From Schizochytrium sp. TIO01 (Eukaryota; Protista; Bigyra: Labyrinthulomycetes), in the NCBI GenBank assembly GCA_004764695.1, contig SMSO01000004.1:2170001-2234000 (forward strand): a DNA stretch of 64,000 bases, read 5' to 3'. Positions 59,173 through 64,000 of this stretch are shown here, piece by piece. Under the pieces are notes generated by a model. It saw only the letters and a list, made by a program, of their open reading frames with translations, ran no database searches and was not told the DNA's origin. How positions within the stretch are numbered: the first letter of the stretch is position 1; each line of letters opens with the position of its first letter. The position numbers and the translations under genes were made by a program.

Positions 59173-60959
59173 GTAGTTAATAAAGTATTAGGTTTATGTT
59201 GCCTTTGGTAATAACTTGTGCATAAAAACTTGTTTTAATAGCTTTGATTGCTCGGTTTGTTCTTTCTTCAAAAACACTCCTTTGATAGGGAAATTTCTTT
59301 GCGATCAAAATATTCAGATTGATTCTTTGCCTATTGTTATTGTAAATCTTAAATTGCGATCTCTAGTGAGCAAAATATGTTAAGAATTAACTTAAAGAAG
59401 AAGAAGGCTTTCAAAAAGACCATTGACCAATACAGCTCTTGGAAGTTTTGTCTCCAATAATACATTACAGTTTTATTCCTCTCTTTATTTACGGTGATGT
59501 GTATCAGAAGAAGCTTTATTGTTGACCACGCTTGCTTGTGCTCTTTTTCTTTATCTACTGTTGAAGCAAAGTATTATATACTGGCTGTCGAGGTATCAAT
59601 CAATCGAGATTACCACTGCAGTAGTGCTGAGAGTCCCGATCGAAAGATCATGGAAGTAACGCATTAGAATCATTAGCACCTCGTTGATACAATTACATAC
59701 AGAAGCTTCAGACCTAGGGAAACAAGAGAAAAAAAACGGGCTACATATTTAGGTAATCATGCAATGGCTTGGCTAGAATTAATAGTCGAGGTAATAAATT
59801 AACCTGATATCTTTGCTTCTGTGTAGAGTAATACAGATAAAGCTTTCTCTTGGTTTCCTAATCATGTTATGAATTAGTCCATCTTGCTATCTACCTGCAA
59901 GGTCAGAAGATCACTACCTCTTATTGAAGTAAAATACAGCTACTGCCTAACCTCACCTCACGTAACCTTACCTAGCTCTCCTATCCTACACCTTCTGTCT
60001 ATTGGACTGACATAATACATTCATACTGCTTGTATCCAGACCCGAAACCCTAATAACTCATGTATCATCTCTTTCTCTTTCTCCTGAGTTCGCCATCCTT
60101 GTCAGACCACCTCTGTATGCTTCGCACCACAGGCTACTCTGCAATACTCTATAAGCTTATGTACAGGGTGCTCTTTACATGAGTGAAAATACACACGTGC
60201 AGCTTTTTGCGTCAGACAAGTATGACATGCTCACTCTTGAAGATGATCAAGAGCCTTGTGAAACGTCTAAGACCTCCCAAATATTCACAAACAAAATAAT
60301 ACAATCACCTCCTCCGTAAACTTTCTTCTAACTTTTCTAAGCAAAGTATTCGATACCTGATGCGAAGTTGTTTTTACAGAACTGATTATTCGAAGAATCT
60401 CTAAGGACCCTGAACTCTTCTTCTCTTCTATAGAGATCCAACTAAGATAAACATTAACAAAATCATTAGCACTTTTGTTGCAGTCTCTTCAGACTACTGA
60501 TTTGTACGGGTTCAAATTTTGAAAGTGATATTCTTGATTTCAATTGGAATAAAACAACTATTGAGAGACCGTGATTAATAATTCCATACTGGTGTAAGTC
60601 AAGTTACGATCTCGCTGTATTCTATTTTGTAAACTTGGGTTGATTCTTAAAACATTCTTAAAATATACAAGAAGGCATGCGGTTGGAAAGCTGACGTGGC
60701 TCAAATAATGAGGTCTTGAAGTCTATGGAAAAGTCTTCAAACGAGTTTGTTTGCAGCATCCGTTTGCTACAAATGAAAACGATATAGATCCAGGTGAAAA
60801 GCCATCCTATGAAGAGGAAGTCGGGCAACGTAACAGAAGGATGAAAGAGAAACGAAAAGCTAATAACTAAGTGACACGAAGAGATCTTTTGGACATACGA
60901 GTATATAAATTTAGCGGTAGGGTATGAAGGTTGTTTTGAAATGCAAAAGTAGAAGACAC

Positions 60960-62042
60960 TTAGTAGGAGTAGTTCTTCTGGTAAGTGGAGGCGTTGGCAG
61001 CAGCACCACCAGAGGCCTCACCAGAGTACTTGCCGAGCTGGGCAAGACCGTTGGCCTTGGAGCGGAGGAGGAGGGCCTCCTGGGCAGCGGGGATCTTGTC
61101 GTCGGCGCCAGCCCACACCTTGAGGACAGATGCCTGAAGGGCACGGCCGTAGGAGAAGGAGAGGTTCCAGGGCTTCTTGCCCGGGGCACGGTTAAGCTCG
61201 TTGAGGGCAATAGTGGCCTCCTCCTCGGACATACCGCCGGAGAGGAAGTTGATACCCGGAACGGCGGGGGGGACGACACGCTGGAGGGTGCGGAGGGTGA
61301 AGGCGGCGACGGTAGCCATGTCAGCTTGCTCGGAAGCCTCGGCACCGCTGCGGACGAAGTTGGGCTTGAGGAGGATGCCCTCGAAGAGAACCTTGTGGTC
61401 GGCGAGAGCCTTGAACTGCTCGTGCCAGACACGCTCGGTCACCTCGGCAGAGACCTCGATGGGGTGGGTGCCATCCATGAGAATCTCAGGCTCGACGATG
61501 GGGACGAGACCGTTCTCCTGGCAGATGGAGGCGTAGCGGGCGAGGCCGTTGGTCTGCTCCTTGATGCAGAGTGCAGAGGGGGCACCGTTAGAGGGGTCGA
61601 TCTTGATGACAGCGCGCCACTTGGCAAAGCGAGCGCCCTGCTTGTAGTACTCAGCGCAGCGAGCTCCAAGGCCGTCAAGGCCCTCGGTGCTGGTCTCGCC
61701 CTCAACAGCGTTCATGATGGAGGCCTGGCCCTTGTCGACCTTGATACCCGGGATGATGCCCTCAGCGGCGAGGAGCTCAGTGAAGGGCTTGCCCTCAGGG
61801 GTCTTCTCGTAGAGGGTCTCCTCGAAGAGGATGGCGCCGCTGATGAACTCACCAAGGCCCTTGGTTTCGAAGAGAAGCTGGCGGTACTTGCGGCGGTTGT
61901 CCTGGGTGTTCTCCACGTTGATGGGCGCGAAGCGCTTGCCGATCGTGCCAATGGACTCATCGGCAGCGAGGATGCCCTTGCCGGCGGACGCGATCTTGAG
62001 CGCGTTCTCCTTGAGCTCCTGCTCGTACTTGGTGCCGCTCAT
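60960..62042 (-). CDS. FBA: Fructose-bisphosphate aldolase, class I
   Basis: GKGILAADES, GARFAKWR, GLVPIVEPE, LLKPN (Schiff-base Lys), FLSGG, SFSYGRALQ and C-terminal Tyr. ATG at 62042 (track start is TTG). Extreme GC3 bias consistent with high expression. Confidence 0.98.
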   Translation of the reverse strand: MSGTKYEQELKENALKIASAGKGILAADESIGTIGKRFAPINVENTQDNRRKYRQLLFETKGLGEFISGAILFEETLYEKTPEGKPFTELLAAEGIIPGIKVDKGQASIMNAVEGETSTEGLDGLGARCAEYYKQGARFAKWRAVIKIDPSNGAPSALCIKEQTNGLARYASICQENGLVPIVEPEILMDGTHPIEVSAEVTERVWHEQFKALADHKVLFEGILLKPNFVRSGAEASEQADMATVAAFTLRTLQRVVPPAVPGINFLSGGMSEEEATIALNELNRAPGKKPWNLSFSYGRALQASVLKVWAGADDKIPAAQEALLLRSKANGLAQLGKYSGEASGGAAANASTYQKNYSY

Positions 62043-62611
62043 CTTTCTTGGTGGGTTGGTGTAGTCTTCTTGATCTACTTGAGTTTGTTTTGCTTTTGCG
62101 TTTGGGGTTTGCTGCAAGTTCAATCCAAAAGAAGTTCGTTCAAGCAATGCATCGTCATCATGGCCGAGATGAGCATTTTACACACAAATTTTCAGTTAGT
62201 CTCTCTGTCACTTAATTCCTGTCCCCTCTCCTCTTCGCCTCAGTGGAAGCTCAGAGGAGACCCTGGTCTCTTGTGAGGTAGTGCAAGAGAGGGATCTTCA
62301 GGATCCTTCCCCTCAGCTTCCACTGCGTCATTATCTCTCCCTATTTTCCCCCTCTCTCTACACATATCCTTTCTTTCGGAAGCTTTTCCCTTCTTTTCTC
62401 CTTCTCCTTTGCTTCTGCATCAAGCATGTCACGAGAGCAGTTTCGCCATGCCTTCAATACTTCTCCACCACTGTCACACTATTCTGCAAGCAGGAAAGTG
62501 GAGAGCCTTATTACCGCAGCGGAGCACCAAAGTGCCCAGAGCTATGATAATATTGCAATCAATCTTCTTTCTTTCCTTCTCTTGAAAAGTAGCTAGCTAC
62601 TACCCTTATAA

Positions 62612-62642
<31 letters not shown>

Positions 62643-64000
62643 AAGAAAGAAAGAGTGCGCTATGACCAAAAGAGCTTTTAAAAGGATAACCCCTAGCGAA
62701 ATATAAGGCACTCCTACCAGCACTCCCCATCTTTCTATCTTTCTTTTCTTCTTCCACACCATGGCTAGGCACAAATCAAAGCGCGCCCGTGCCCGACTGA
62801 TCCGCGACCCGGCGAGCATTAAAAGCATTGCGCGGGGGCTTTGCAAATGTCAGCCAGCTAGCTCGGGACTTGGGAGCGCCGCCGCTCCATAGTCCCTCCA
62901 TAAATCGCCGACGATTTGCCTTCGCCTTTGCAGAAGGGTCGAAAGGAAAGGAGTAAAGAAAGCATTGAAATAAATAATCTGTATCCATCTGTCAACAATC
63001 AATCTCCACCGGGATCGTCTCCATCTGCAACCTTCTTCGATAGGACATCGCCCTTTCAAGGATCCACGCGAAAGATCTTGCGACGGGTGGAAGCCACGAT
63101 GCTCTTGGCTCCTAGCAGAAGCAGAGAAAGAAGGACCATGAACGAGTCGGAATCCGAATCGAATGTGATGGGGTACAAGTATCAAAAAGCGCTCATAGAT
63201 AGATAGATAGATATAGAGATAATCAATCCATCGTCACATGCTCCGCCATATCTCGCCAAGCACCCTTTCGACGAGACAGACAGACTCGAGCTCGTGCGCG
63301 TGGTCCGCGGGATCGTCTTCTGGCATGGAGAGCGGCGCAGCGAGCAGAGCCAAGCGGAGTTGTAGCAGACGAGCACAGCGTCGAGACGACATGATGGGCG
63401 CTGCCCATGCATGCATCGAGGCCCGCGCTCTCCACCTCCGCCCAGCCTGCGAAGGCGAAGACGAAGACGAAGACGAAGAGGACGGCACTAGCGTCGCTGC
63501 TTCTTCGGGCGCCGGCTTAGTCTCGGTGGACTCGCGGCGAGACTCAGGCGGAGCGGAGGACTAGGCGGATACATATCGGCGTCGGGGAGTGAGCGGAGGG
63601 AAACAAGGAGAAGGAGGAGAAACTAGGGACAGCCAGCGTTCTCTCTTTTCGCTAGCTCCCACGTACTGCGAGAAGAGAGGCTACCGCCGCCGCCGCCAGC
63701 AGCACCAGCAGCGCCAGCAGCCCTGCGCCTCCAGCCCTGGGCCAGCCGGCCATCATCGCGAACGTACCTCGGAGGATCGATGGACGCCAGGTTGCCGATC
63801 TGTCTGCGCCATGACGTCAAGATTCCTCTCTTCTGCTGGCCACTCCAGATTCCACGTGGTCCTTTACTGTCGATACTGGCCAATCAGCCACTCATTATCT
63901 GTGCATTTTCAAAATGGATACTGTACCAGACCCAGTGTCATCTCAAGATATAGAACCGGGGGGTCCCTCGATTTAGCCCAGTTTATCCTTTGAAAGTTCT

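Noticed and set aside
12518-59620. Recurring TAC(C/T)ACTGC-like motif (near 12518, 24253, 24513, 48191, 59611)
   Set aside because: Few, variable copies; the count is close to chance expectation, unlike CGCTGACT.
44184-62042. Possible functional gene cluster
   Set aside because: The genes have unrelated housekeeping functions and mixed orientation; no shared pathway is evident.
60924-62276. 450-aa + strand ORF
   Set aside because: Antisense shadow of the strongly codon-biased aldolase gene; no independent motifs.
62850-64000. GC-rich block with several short ORFs at the window end
   Set aside because: No recognisable product or consistent frame; it may be aldolase upstream sequence or belong to a feature beyond the window.
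1-64000. CRISPR arrays, rRNA, telomeric repeats, intact transposase/RT or viral genes
   Set aside because: No repeat-spacer structure, rRNA signature, TTAGGG-type array or such protein motifs were recognised.

Overview
Eukaryotic nuclear DNA with nearly intronless genes and microsatellite-rich intergenic DNA. This style suggests a thraustochytrid/labyrinthulomycete stramenopile, which is an inference only. Nine protein-coding genes are supported: a membrane-anchored tandem inositol-phosphate kinase (IPMK-like plus IP3 3-kinase-like domains, ending at 5300), then after about 36 kb with no recognisable gene a four-repeat MYB transcription factor, NAD(P)H-hydrate epimerase, a Cbp3/UQCC1 chaperone carrying a C-terminal WW domain, an MBOAT wax-synthase-type acyltransferase, a three-module EF-hand protein, WDR6/Trm734 (one 67-nt intron), a TLC-like membrane protein and class I fructose-bisphosphate aldolase. 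Most notable: (1) the two-kinase fusion and its 255-codon in-frame leader that has no stop and no ATG in any frame; (2) the 8-mer CGCTGACT occurs 14 times across the gene-free interval upstream of the MYB gene, including a tandem pair in its proximal promoter, and I saw none elsewhere in the window, suggesting a long-range cis-regulatory landscape; (3) the UQCC1-WW fusion. I recognised no tRNA, rRNA, CRISPR array or intact transposon.
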